Source: Podarcis vaucheri (lineage: Eukaryota). Taken from it: a stretch of 64,000 nucleotides of DNA. Shown here one piece after another: positions 51,620-64,000 of this stretch (positions are counted from its first letter, which is position 1; each line of letters starts with the position of its first letter). The stretch is from the NCBI GenBank assembly GCA_965113315.1, contig OZ220363.1; one strand, 5' to 3'. The translations under genes and the position numbers were made by a program. The notes below the pieces were generated by a model that worked only from the letters and a program-made list of their open reading frames with translations, ran no database searches and was not told the origin of the DNA.

Positions 51620-51860
51620 TTCTGGATCAAAAAGCCTTCAGAGAACTTCCAGGAACTCAGAGAAGTTCCATCCAGCCCACTCATGTCTACTTTGACCTGC
51701 AACAATTCTCCAGGGTCTCTGTCTTTCACATCACATGCTACCTGATCCTTGTGTTACTTTTTTCATTGTTGTTCATTATTATGTTGTGTATTTTTGTGGT
51801 TTTATACCGCCCTGTGATCCTCAGATAGTGGGCGGTCTATAGATTTAATAAATAAATAAT
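51620..51860 (+). mobile_element. Probable L2 3' UTR remnant with (TAAA)n tail
   Basis: ACCGCCCTGTGATCCTCAGATAGTGGGCGGT terminal stem-loop followed by ATTTAATAAATAAATAAT. Confidence 0.55.
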
Positions 51861-52419
51861 ATACACATAATTGAACCATGGAGCTTCTGGGTGCAATGAA
51901 CATGATCCAACGAAAAGAGGGGTGATCACTTCCACCACTTTTAAGTTGTTTCATGATCTACCTGAAGCTTGAATATTTAACACAGAGCACAGCACAATGC
52001 TCAACAGGTTCCAGTATGTGCCTATGTTCCTTGACTCAACTTTACAAAGGAGTGGAGAATTTAATGGATGTCTGGGCCTATCGTTTGCTTTTTTCTGTTT
52101 TGCTTAATAGCTGCACCTCTAATACCTAGTAATTAAAGGCAGTATACTTCTAATTACCAGATGTTGGGAGGGGAGGGGTCAAAGAATAAAGGTTGGTCTC
52201 CTCCTTCACAGGGGCAACTGGTAAACAGCTGCTAGAGTTACGTTGCAGGACTATTTCCATCTTTGGATTCATCAAAGCAACTCTTATTTATGTTAAATAT
52301 GCTATAAGCAGAACCCTGATGGGAGTCAGAGTCCGACAAGTGTCCATGTCCTACTGGAATGTGGTGAAATGATCTGAGGTGAATCTGCTTTCAGATCCTA
52401 CACATCAAGCAGAAAGTGA

Positions 52420-52505
52420 TGGAACTCTCTGAGACGCTTCTCTGCCAATCAGAGAAGACAATACTGGGCTAGATGGATAAATAAGGCAGCTTCCTATGGT
52501 CCTAT
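52420..52505 (+). mobile_element. 3' fragment of Squam2-like SINE
   Basis: CTGCCAATCAGAGAAGACAATACTGGGCTAGATGGA...ATAAGGCAGCTTCCTATGGTCCTAT. Confidence 0.6.
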
Positions 52506-54237
52506 TCTCATAAACAGAGGAACATAAAAAGAATGAAAACACTCGTCGTGGCTTTACAACATCAAATTTCAGAGTGATGTGAGTGGAACTCATGTGCGTG
52601 TGTCTCTTGAAAAGTATATGCCAGGGCCGGGATTTCAAAGGTGGAATTGATGTCAGGAAATTTCCGTAAGTCTGTGCTTTCTCCTGGATCTTAGACGAGT
52701 AAATCAAAAAAATCACGTTTTTGGATGTTTTTGGTAAAAAAAATAAACCTCAACAACTTCCGGGTGTTGCTTTAAAAAGCTCAACTTTTGGGGTGCCCTG
52801 GTCCTCAGCTGGGCATCGAGAGCATCGAGGTCAAGATATACCCCAAATCTTGAGCTAACACTGAACCTCAGCACATTCAACCCCAACCCATTTTAATCCA
52901 CTCTTGAGTGTACTTAGAAGTCATGCTCTGTGATCTGAATGTTTCTATCCCTTCCTAACATGATAGGAAGACTTGGGGACTCTCTAGGATTCAGTTCTTG
53001 GAATACTGGAGGGTTAGGTGTGAGGGGGGGGGAGAGAGAGAAGGGACCTGGCACCCTTATCCCCCTTCTATTATTCCTTCTATTATTCCCTATAACTGAA
53101 CGTATGAGTGTGGCTACTCAGTAGCAAGTGGAAGGTTCAATGGAGGACTGATCAATACAGCCCAAATTCGAGCAGCAGCACACACGTGACTCTTGCCCTA
53201 GTTCAATAGTCCTGTACATCATCACCACATTCTTTGCTCTTACGACATCATCGGTTCTGTGGCTGAGCAAAAGCCCTGGTAAGCACAGGCACAAATTAAA
53301 CATTGCTCTTGGCTGCTGCTGGTTTCTACAGGAGTTGCGCAGCGAGCTAAGCAGGCCACAGCCAGATGGGAACTATACCTAGATTCACCTTCCTCTCCAT
53401 GCAGCAGCTGCCTGTCTCAAAGAGATCTCAGTTGTCTACATCTCAACACTCCCCACAACATATAAATGTGCCTCGTTTCCAAAGAAAGAAACAGTACCTT
53501 CAGATAACCAAAGGTCACTTAAGTTGAGACAGAGCTTTGAATCATTCCGAATGCCCAGCTACAGATGCCTTTTAAAACAAGGGCAAACACCAGATATTGT
53601 TTAGATTTGGCTTCGGCCAGTCCTAACAGAGAATGCCTAATCTGTGATCTGTCAGGTATCTGATGCTGTGTAACTGAATCTAACAGCCAGGGATAAAATC
53701 TTGGCTTTTAAAGTACAGGTATAGATTTCTCACAGCTTCTGAAATGTTTTCAATATTTGGCCTAGGAAGAGTTCTTATCTTCCTTTGTGGTGAGTTGCAA
53801 GCATTGCAGTATCAAGGAAGTTTACCAATCTTACAAGAGACCTAAGGTTGCAATCCTGGCTCCTTTGTAAATGTGCACCCGCTTCAGAAACACATCTTTT
53901 GTTTCCAAAAGAAAAAACGACGAAATTACTGTGTTCTCTCTCCCCCTCCTCTCCTCTTTTCTCTCTCGACAATGCAGAAGCAATCCTTGAATAGGTGCAA
54001 AATCTCTGAGAAAAGTACATTTTCCAAATATTCTAAGCCTTTTAAAAAGAGGTACACAATGCAGGAAGACGCAGCTGCAATTTTGAGGGTGGGGGAAGCG
54101 GGGAGGCCACTGTTCCTTTAATGCCCAGCTGGTCCTGAGATGTAATAAAATTGACATATTGATTCCTTTGAATTTACAAATGCCTGTTTCATAAACTCCA
54201 TCTCCAAAGCCTAGGCATCTTTAGAGCACTGTCATTT

Positions 54238-54377
54238 NNNNNNNNNNNNNNNNNNNNNNNNNNNNNNNNNNNNNNNNNNNNNNNNNNNNNNNNNNNNNNN
54301 NNNNNNNNNNNNNNNNNNNNNNNNNNNNNNNNNNNNNNNNNNNNNNNNNNNNNNNNNNNNNNNNNNNNNNNNNNNNN
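54238..54377. other. N-gap (140 nt)
   Basis: Run of N. Confidence 0.99.
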
Positions 54378-54828
54378 ATATTAGGGATTGTTTTCAAAGT
54401 GAAAAGCAATCTCTCGGGTCCTTTGCTCAAAAAAAGAAAGAGAAACAAAACAATGTGTATAGCTTCTCTCTCCCCCTGCCCCCTGCTTTCAAGTAACCTC
54501 ACTGCACTATATGATATAATAATTGCTCCATGCAAGAAATCATTTATTGCAAACCAATTTGGTGGCTTTAAATACTGGAGCAAGGCATCACCTTGGTTTG
54601 TCTGAGGATTTATTATTTTCAACTTTCGAATGCAATGTTTTAATTTCTATAGCAACGGTAGATTATAATCACCATATCTTCCGGTGCGTCAAAGTCATTA
54701 TAAAGTTTTCTGCATGATCTGAATAGCTGGAAAGTGACTAGATTTGGAAAAGTCTTTAAAAAAGAAAAAGAGAAACATTTCTAAATAGCATGGCTAGGCC
54801 TATTTGTTGACTCTTCGGTAAATGCCCT

Positions 54829-54879
54829 TTGTTGTTGTTTAGTCGTTTAGTTGTGTCCGACTCTTTGTGACCCCATGGA
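54829..54879 (-). mobile_element. 51-nt extreme 3' fragment of BovB (RTE-clade LINE)
   Basis: Minus strand TCCATGGGGTCACAAAGAGTCGGACACAACTAAACGACTAAACAACAACAA is the BovB/Bov-A type terminus. Perfect 12-bp TSD GGTAAATGCCCT (54817-54828, 54880-54891). Confidence 0.9.
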
Positions 54880-55907
54880 GGTAAATGCCCTACAATCCAT
54901 TAAAAGGACAGAACCATGCATATGCCAAGTGCAAGCATGTAACATTTCCTTTGACATATATGCAAAAATAATCCGAGCTAGAAACATATTGTATCCTGGA
55001 CAGATATGCATGCATTATCATGTTTGTCTAGGTTGGCAAGTAAGCATTTACAGAGTTTTCACTCCACACATAAAACAGAGAAACTACCCTGGCCATTTCT
55101 TTTTTTAAAAAAATCACCATATGGGATTGTGGCTTCCTCCTTATATTTTCTTATAAATTCTGATAAAGTACTATGTATGTACACAGGCTGGATTCCTCCC
55201 CCCCCCAAATAATAATAATAAAAATACCGTGCTGCTTCTGATTTGCTCCACTTCAGTGGACAACCAGCAGTTCAGTTACATTACACTTGCACCGTACAAT
55301 TTGTCTCTAAAAGGTTTCCAAAATTATGAAACATCTTAACTGCCGCATGACCTGTGAGACAGCTTGCTTCAGTTTGAGGTGCACACATACATACAGAGAG
55401 GACAGTGCTTTAAGAATAAAAAGCAAAGAGCTAAGAAGAAGAAGAAGAAGGGTGGGTGGGAAAGCCAGCTAGAGAAAGAAAAGGATGTTTGAAGCAGAGA
55501 GCCCTGTGTGTACCAGTGGCCCTAGCGCACCAGTGCCATTGTTCAGAAGTGGGTTTAAAGATAAATGGCTGCATGTTAACCAGATTTGACATGCTGTACA
55601 AAAGCAGCCACCTTTGGTCCCAGGACACAGCCAAAGAGAAAACACAACAAGCAATCCTGGCAAAGATGTCTGACATGAATAAAAGCACCACAATTTGTCA
55701 CATAGTGTTACAAAATGTTTGAGGCTTTGGGGCTTGCCATAGGAAGGCAAAGATAACGCAGCGGGCAAAATGATGAGGCTGCAGGGAACTCTGAGGGCAG
55801 GAGGGAGCTTGTAAGATTTGCATGGATCTTACAGGCCGAGGTTCCTCGTTCCACCAAAAAGGAAAAAGAAAGGAAAGGAAAACAGATGCACCCGAAATGC
55901 CTTTTTA

Positions 55908-56207
55908 AGATTGCGATCTGATGGACACTTACGTGGGAGTATATTCCGTTGGACACATGGGAGCTTACTTCTGAGTAAATGTGCATCGGATTGCCGTATA
56001 ACTCCAAAGGGAATCCAAAGTCTCTAATCCTATGCATACTTGCTTGGGAGTAATTGCCATTGTACACAGTGGGGTTTACTTTTGAGTAAACACATATAGA
56101 GTTAGACTGCATGGCTTACATCCTAAGTACATTTACCTGAGGGAAACCCACCTCCCATTGAACTCAGCAGGAATTTCTTTCAACGAAGCATTGTTAGAAT
56201 TGAACTG
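55908..56207. repeat. Three adjacent diverged copies of the approx. 90-bp palindromic repeat
   Basis: Units at about 55908-55996, 56019-56110 and 56113-56207, each resembling ATCCTATGCACACTTAC.TGGGAGTA..CCATTG.AC.CA.TGGG..TTACTT.TGAGTAAA. Confidence 0.7.
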
Positions 56208-58485
56208 CAAGAAATATATTTTCTTGTTTTTAAGAATATAGATTTCTCTCTTGCTACCTCCCTCTCTCTGTCTCTCCATCAACTCCCTGGGGAAAGAGTC
56301 CAAAAGTACTGAGGAGTAACTGGTATTTGTTCCAGCGCCCTTCCCCCTAAGGAACACGTGTCTGTAGCCCACATGGGCCTATGCAGAAAAGCACTCAAAG
56401 TGGGCCAAAAAAGCCCACCTCATAACAATTCATGTCTTAAGTGCTCTGTAACAGCTCATGCTTGAAGATCTTTTTAATAAATAAAAAAAGCACCATTACT
56501 TCAGTAGAAATGGGTTCCACTCATTCAGTAACATTGGGCAGTGGGGAAAGGGGGAGAAAATAAATGTGTTATACGTACATAACAAGACATATTCCTACAG
56601 AAATTTGGAATATTGGATATAACTGAACTATGTTGGGATCAGCTGATTCAGAAACAAATCTGATTTGTTATTTTAGAAAAGTACACAGAAAATTAGTAAT
56701 TGAGCTCACAATTGGAGAGCCAGATTTCTGCACCACAAATCCCACATTCAAAACTTTTGTTTTCAAGCCCTGACTACTTGGTTTTGCTACCACAAAACAG
56801 AATTAGAGCAGAAAGCTATTGTGTGTGTGTTTTGTTTTGTTTTAATCACATGTTGCCACATTTTAATCTATTGGTGGTACTGCATGCTCCTGATTGATAA
56901 ATTTTAACATTCTAGTACCGTCATTTTATAAATCATATTGATAAATCATTTAGCTTAGTGATGAAGAACATTCTCTCCCCCCCCCAACTTTGGCAGCCTC
57001 TGAAGTTGTAAAAACTGAGATGCACAAAAGCCAAATGAATAGCATAACCCTTTGTCCTTCTTTTCATAAACCAAGATACCGAAGTCAGCACTTTCTGAAG
57101 TTACCATGGGACTCAGTATTATTCTTATCCATGTTAAGTTTTCTCTGTCGACTAACAGCCTTCTCACCTGCTTAGGCTTTATTCAGACTATCTCAAAAAG
57201 GAGGAGGAGGCAGAATTAAAACCCAAATCTTCACCCAATGACTTACTTGCCTCTAAGTATTTTTTTAAAAACTGTTTTCTGATGTAGTGTGAACTAGACA
57301 CTGTATAAACAGGCAGGTTAAACAGGCAGTTGTGATGCTTGAAGATTATAAGAAAGGGGGAAATCAATCATCACTTAACTGCCATACTAGAGTCCAGCAA
57401 ACAGAGCAAAATCTGCAGTGATTAAGTTATTCAAAGTCCTTTTAGGTGTAGGCTGTCTGACTTGCCTTAAAAGTGCATGAGGGCTTGGAACCTGCTATCG
57501 CCTCGATATTCCCCTTTCTGAGCATCCAGACACATTCCCTCTGAGTCGCAAATAGCCAACAAACAAACAAACAAACAAATGCAGGCGCTAAAATGTATTC
57601 ATGCATTGCTATAAATGATGCTTTGTTTTAGAGACTGACAAAAATGTGATGATGGTTCCAATTGCATAAAGAGGCATATGGGAGTTTTATTCGATCATTT
57701 GTTATGTAGGCCTGGTGTTTCTTAGATGACGGCCAAGGAAGACACGCGTGTGGCTCCGACATCTAAAATGGTTGAGTAAGGAACCAGGCTGCTGCTAGAT
57801 GGATACATACAAGTTTTACAAATGCACAATACTGGCATAAGCAAAGATATCAACCTGGTTGCTGATTCTTTAACAAGTCGTCTATTAAATATTAACTAAT
57901 GCAAAAATGAAAATATTTTAAAGGAAACATCAGCTTGATTGAGACTTCAGAGTGAACTGCATTGACGTTAAAGAAGAAGTCAAACTGATCTGCACTGCAC
58001 GTTAGCATAGCTTTTAGTTTTCAGTATCCGAATTGTATTATTTAAACTCAGTGCAGGCAATTTAGGCTGGGAGCCCATGCATACCCTTTACTTGGAGTAA
58101 TGTGTATAGGATTTGGCTGACAGTGTCTTCTTTTTAATTTGGAAGGAGACAGCAAGTCAACACAAGATCATTTAAGCAAATACAGCATCTGAAAACTTTC
58201 CCCCCCAGTTTGGATGACTGAGCACTTCCTGATATTTGTGGCCTCTGGGCAAAGGGATCCAGGCATTTTGTATTGTCATTGTCTAATCTGATGCCCCAAA
58301 CCCAATGCTGTGCCATCATCGCTGCTTTCAGAAAGTGCCAAGCCGACATATTGTGCCATCTATGGCAGCATTTCCTACACCAAAGGAAGAAGATGAAGAA
58401 TGCATGGATTGATTTTCAAATTACCTCAATATTTTGAAAACATTTTCACCTGCATGCTGAGAATGCTAAGAATGGGAAGGAAGGC

Positions 58486-58817
58486 NNNNNNNNNNNNNNN
58501 NNNNNNNNNNNNNNNNNNNNNNNNNNNNNNNNNNNNNNNNNNNNNNNNNNNNNNNNNNNNNNNNNNNNNNNNNNNNNNNNNNNNNNNNNNNNNNNNNNNN
58601 NNNNNNNNNNNNNNNNNNNNNNNNNNNNNNNNNNNNNNNNNNNNNNNNNNNNNNNNNNNNNNNNNNNNNNNNNNNNNNNNNNNNNNNNNNNNNNNNNNNN
58701 NNNNNNNNNNNNNNNNNNNNNNNNNNNNNNNNNNNNNNNNNNNNNNNNNNNNNNNNNNNNNNNNNNNNNNNNNNNNNNNNNNNNNNNNNNNNNNNNNNNN
58801 NNNNNNNNNNNNNNNNN
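58486..58817. other. N-gap (332 nt)
   Basis: Run of N. Confidence 0.99.
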
Positions 58818-61800
58818 CCCCCCCGCACCATTGTAATTTAGTAATTGTTTGGGGGGGGGAACCAGTTTGAGAATGAGTGACTTCATCTGTTTACAAATTG
58901 ATTGATACCATTAACTCGCTGATTGCTGTGGCACGTATATTGTATTGCACAGCCTGGCATAAAATATAATTAGACAGGCATAGAGTTTTCAGTACCCTTT
59001 TGGAATCAGAAAATCAAGTGTAACTGAAGTCAGCTTTCTTTGAACAAACTGGTATCCATCACTCAGGGATGGTGACACAACAATCAAAAGACAACAGGCA
59101 TCCCACCATTCTGATACGCCAACACATTTCACCAAATAGTCCACATTTGATGACTTTTGAAAAGCTGAGCTTGAGTGCTAGAGCCTAGTGCATTAAAAAA
59201 GATCGCCCAACTATCACAGGAAAATGTGCAGGACATATCACAAACAAGAGATGGAAGGGCTACATTTTTTCCTGACCTTCTTGCAACTGTGAAGACACCC
59301 TCTGCTGCAGATTTTGATGCAATGGTATGTGGCTCTGGGACCAAAAGCTTAGGTCTACAACAAGTGGGGATAGAGGAATATACTGTTATTCAGTATATTA
59401 AAGGTAATATTGTAGATATTAATCCTACAGCATATTTAAAGAGAGTTTGTTGCAGGTATTTTTAAAACCTGCCAAAAAAAATGGTTCATGATAACCAGAG
59501 CCCAGATATACCCCCGAGGAATACTGCACGTAGCCTGACAAGCAGAGGGGAGAGACTGCTTCTCTTTTGCCTCTCTAAAAACATTATTTTTAATGCCAGA
59601 ATTCAGGCCAGTAGAAGAACACCTTTGAGAACATGCAGAGTGCCTTTGCATCGTCCTTAAGTTGCCACAAGTGACCTCCACATACAGAACTTGCAACATG
59701 CAGAAAGGCATTCAGGTCAGAGAGCATGGCACCCAGGAAGCTAGCTCGAAGTCCCTTTCGCTTCTGGGGAAAAACACACACACACACACGCTCTGCCTGG
59801 CTTGTTATCTCTTGCTGCACATGAACTAAAGGATAAATTCTCTTTTCAGAGGCTCAGATTGCAGATACGGGCCTTTCAAGTTATATTTCAAAACTTCAAA
59901 GGTGTTATCTGTGGGAGGGAAGGGCCCGTTCCTTCCTGTTTCAGCAAGAAAACGTTTGAGAACTTGCCCCATTCCGGCAACACTTGGGCGATTGGACCAA
60001 ATACCAAACCACTATCCTGCAGTAGGCACATTGAGGGAAATTCTGTTTCATGCTAGCCTTACAAATGCGTACTTGCCTGCAGTGCTGACATGGCTGAAAT
60101 ACTCTATGCGGCCCTTAGTATGATGCATCCTCAGCATTTGCAGGTTGGAGGAAGAAGTCTCAGGGCTTCCTACACAGGAATCCTCTCCACCCCAGGAGGT
60201 AAATGGCTTTCTCGTTCGCTGTGGCCAAGACCTGTCAGCCACAAAGCACTTGTGTGCAGCACAATTCCCAGCCTGCCTTCCACATTATGGAGAGAGAGAG
60301 AGTAACCTCCCCTCCTGCACCACAGTCAGGATCTGTTCAAGTATTGGCAGCCTGAAAATGATACAGATATAATGGGGCAAAGGTGCTTCTTACAGAATAG
60401 GACCCTGTTCCCTCTGTTTTCCTAATGGGAGTCATTCCTCCTAGTCTCACAGCATGAGAAGACGCTGAATTTGCTGGACCAGATTCCAAGCAGCTTGGGG
60501 TTTGGTCAGTTTCAGCCTTAAGGGGAAATGTGGCCTTTGTTTGGGGAAGGAACTGCATGGGCATGTGTGTGTAAGGTGGTGGAACTGTGCCAAAAAGTGG
60601 ACCAGGTACTGGGGTGGTGATGAGCAAGAATACAACTTGCCATGGACACTTATCCAAGTGATCAGTTGTGACAACAGTGCACACAAAATTGGTGTGGAGG
60701 TGTTGTCACCCCGAGTCTAGTTTTGGCTTTCTGAAGGTATAATTTGGAACCCTGAATATTCCTACCAGCGACTAAAGTGAAATGCAAACTATTGACTTAC
60801 GTACTACGGGCGATGACATACCCACAGAACTGCGTCTGAGTCTCCCAGAAGCTATTGGCTGTGCGCAGCCAGAGTCACTTTGCCATTAGCCTCAGTAAGA
60901 GCAGGACCAGGTGTGCTGCTGGGTTATTAATAAGGGTCTTACATCTTATTTTCTTCTGGCCTGTGTGTTTTATAAATATTTAAAATAAAGTATTAATAGG
61001 ACACATTAAATCTAACGCTGGGTTCCTTTTGAAATTTCATAAGCTTCCCATCTCATCCCTACATAAAAAGGCCCCTATTATCTCACAGTTGTGGAGATTA
61101 ACATGCACATCATTAACTCTTATGGGACCTAGACACATAAACCTCTTGTGCTTCAAGAGCAGCACAGACTATGTCACATCTTGTGATCCGACTACAGTGA
61201 GTAGGTTTTTAAGGACTGGCATTTGAAAAAACTGCGCTCTCTTTCTCTCTCTCTATAAATATACATTGCACTGAAGCTTATTCTCTGCAAATTCTCCCTT
61301 ACATTTATCACCCAGCTCTCTGTTTGCAGCCCTTGATGTAAATGTGTACTAAGAAAAGTACCACGGAAGGCAAAGCCATTCATTTCAGTTAGTAAAACTG
61401 TCATAGTTGAAAGGAGGCAGACTAAGGGCAGGTAGAAAAAAAAAATGGGACAGGTTTTTGTCCGGCAGATTCAATTTCAGATGTGGGCTCTCGAATGAAC
61501 TGTGAGGAGAAGGGATTCTTCCATATTGTTGAGTGTTCTCCCCCCCCCCCCATCACTCCACCTACTCGCAGCCCTCAAAGTCAAAGAACGGCTCTCTTTT
61601 ACGGAAGGAGAAATGAGGCAAAATTGCCCAGGATTGCAAGAGATTGGTAGAATCTTTTACAACATCAAACTCAGACACACTGATCTTATTTACACATTAT
61701 GGTTCTACTCCAGGAAATCTTTATCGCATGGGATATCTCCCCGTAGTTTCCTTCCCCCTTCTGGCACCGAGCAGATGTTACATTTTTGGTGGAGAAACCT

Positions 61801-64000
61801 AATGCCTTGAGCTCGTCCTTCCTAGCCAACATGGTCTGCACAGCCAAAATATGGCCAAAGCTAATTCGCACAGCATCCCCACAGCACTCTGTCTTCAGGC
61901 ACAGCTCTGAGGGGAGTCCTCAGCTTGGAGCAGCACTTCCCAGACAGGTACTGCAGGATGCAAAACGGTCACCTGAGTGGTTTGCTGAAGAATAACAGCT
62001 GGCTTTACCCGCACCTGCCCCGCCACCCTATGCTTGACCCTGCCGGGGGGGGGGGACACACAAACCAGGCCGCCTGTCTATGCACATGCAGACCCAGACT
62101 GGGATAAACTGCTGAGAGCCAAAGTGTTCCTTGGGAAACCTATAAAAAGGGGGAACATCTGTGCTCCTGCTGGGATTTGATGCCTCGCCACCAATCTTTC
62201 CACCAGCAACTTTTGTCTTTGGCATGAGACGGAAAGAGGGAAATACCTGCTCCCCAACCCCAGTTCATTGCTGCTCCTTGTGTCTTCACACCCTGACCTA
62301 AGGAGCATTCCTTCCAGCAAAAATCAGCTTGCCATGGCTACATCCTCTGCATAAGTCTGCTTGCTAATCTCCTAGCAAACACTTGCACAAACCTGAAGGT
62401 GGCTGGGTGGGGAGGGGGAAGCAGACCTTAAAAGTACATTTTTTTAAAAAAACAACCACCTCTCTTCAGTGCAACAGAATTGCGCCCTGGATTTCACCCC
62501 CTACATTCAGTTCCTCTGTTGTCAGAGCTCCCTCTCAATAAAGTTCTGTTTTCCTAATGAGCATTTCCCTCCAAACTATCTTAAATCCTGTTTCGTCTTC
62601 ATTCCTGTTCACCTTCCATCATCTGGCATCTTTATTTCTGGCTGCTGAGCCTCCTGACAGTGCTTACAGGTATTTGCAAAAAGATTCCTTTTATCACAGC
62701 AGTACCACGGGGGTGATATGTCATTTGAAAAAGTCCAGCCAGCCAGCCAGCCTGCTGCCCCTCTTCTGCGCTGAGGGTAACCCGTTCCTTAGGAGCTTAT
62801 AAGAAAATCCACTGTTGCAATAAATAGCAACTCTCAACGAATGATCAAAGAAAAAAAATAAGCTTTTTTTTCAAAATTAAGGAAATCTCATCTCTCTCCT
62901 CTGTCTACCCACCCACCCCCCACCTGCCCTGTCCCTCCTCCTCCTCCTTTTTTTTTAATGGATAACAAACAGCAAAGGAAAGGCTGGCAGCCCTTCTTAT
63001 CCAAGATACTGAGTTTTCAAGGCTGGCTGTATGGCAATTGGTCAGACCAAAATGGATCTGCCATCCTCAGGAGCGGAAGCCTTCAAACTAAAGTTTGTTC
63101 TATATGGGAAAACATATTGTTTGGAATTTAACTTCTAATATCTAGGAATAAACAGAGCATTAAATCAAGCAAAACTGTGACAAGGCCAATATGCACATGG
63201 ATGATGCTACTGAGGCATCTCCAGTCCTTTGTTCACAGCTTAACAAAACTGTGCCGTCACACTACTTTAGCTCAACAGTGCCTGTCGAATGGGCATCAGC
63301 AGATCAGCCAATGCCTGTCACATGTAGGGCTGAAAAACTGTTTGAAAGCAAGGCTTTACTGTAGCAGAAGTCTGGTTAGGGAAAGTGAGGAGGAGGATTT
63401 TTTCAAAAAAAACCCAAATAAATCAGCGAGCAAAGGCCGAAAAGGGGAAAAACAACAACAAAAATGTGGAACTTATAAGCTGTGCATACTTACATTCATA
63501 ACAGATGCATAATATATACACCTATACCTCATATGAGGAAGGGTTTTCTTTTTGCTACTTCTCCCCCTTTGTGGGGGGGGGGGCAGGCGGCAGAAATCAT
63601 CATGAATGTGACTCTCATATTCTCGCATATTATTTTCAGTTCTTTAAATCAGAATCAGAAGGGATCTTAAAATAGGCTGCAGTGCTTAGAATTAAGTCTC
63701 ACTTGAAATCAGCAAGACACTTCTTACAAAATGCGGCTAGGATTGTATTGCTCCCAGACTTCATTGGGAGGCCAGTTTCTTTGAAATCTGTGGGTTCGCC
63801 ACTAAGTAAATGTAAGGAGGATGAGGTTTTCGCGAGCACCTCTGCTTCCTCCATACATATTTGCTTGGAAATAGATCTCCCTGAATTAACTGAACTTTCT
63901 AATTCAGGATAATAGATGGATGTCAGATTTTTGTCAAGGTTTCATCTTCTCTCACAGCCTACTGTTTTAAGAAAATCTATTCTAGGCAATGATGTTTTAA

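Noticed and set aside
703-63912. The many 60-180 aa ORFs in the supplied track as protein-coding genes
   Set aside because: No recognisable domains. Many start at GTG/TTG, run through N-gaps or microsatellites, or are antisense to repeats. Only LINE ORF2 remnants are credible.

Overview
Eukaryotic, essentially non-coding DNA from a squamate reptile, most likely a lacertid lizard. The taxon is inferred from a Sauria SINE, Squam2/Squam3-like SINEs, a BovB tail, and L2 and CR1 LINE relics. I could not identify any host protein-coding gene: the only ORFs with recognisable protein similarity are LINE ORF2 remnants (L2 at 8191-8744, 17447-17670 and about 22000-22300; CR1 at about 33445-34460). The window looks like a large intron or gene desert. 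It carries many short non-autonomous DNA transposons (TA-flanked Tigger/pogo-like MITEs and 8-bp-TSD hAT MITEs, several nested), microsatellites, eight N-gaps, and several repeat-free, CpG-retaining blocks rich in homeodomain motifs that resemble conserved non-coding enhancers (not verifiable without alignment). The most notable structured-RNA signals are a minimal hammerhead-ribozyme motif inside a Penelope-like fragment (13867-13900) and a tandem pair of 59-nt hairpins with a compensatory base change (48924-49100).
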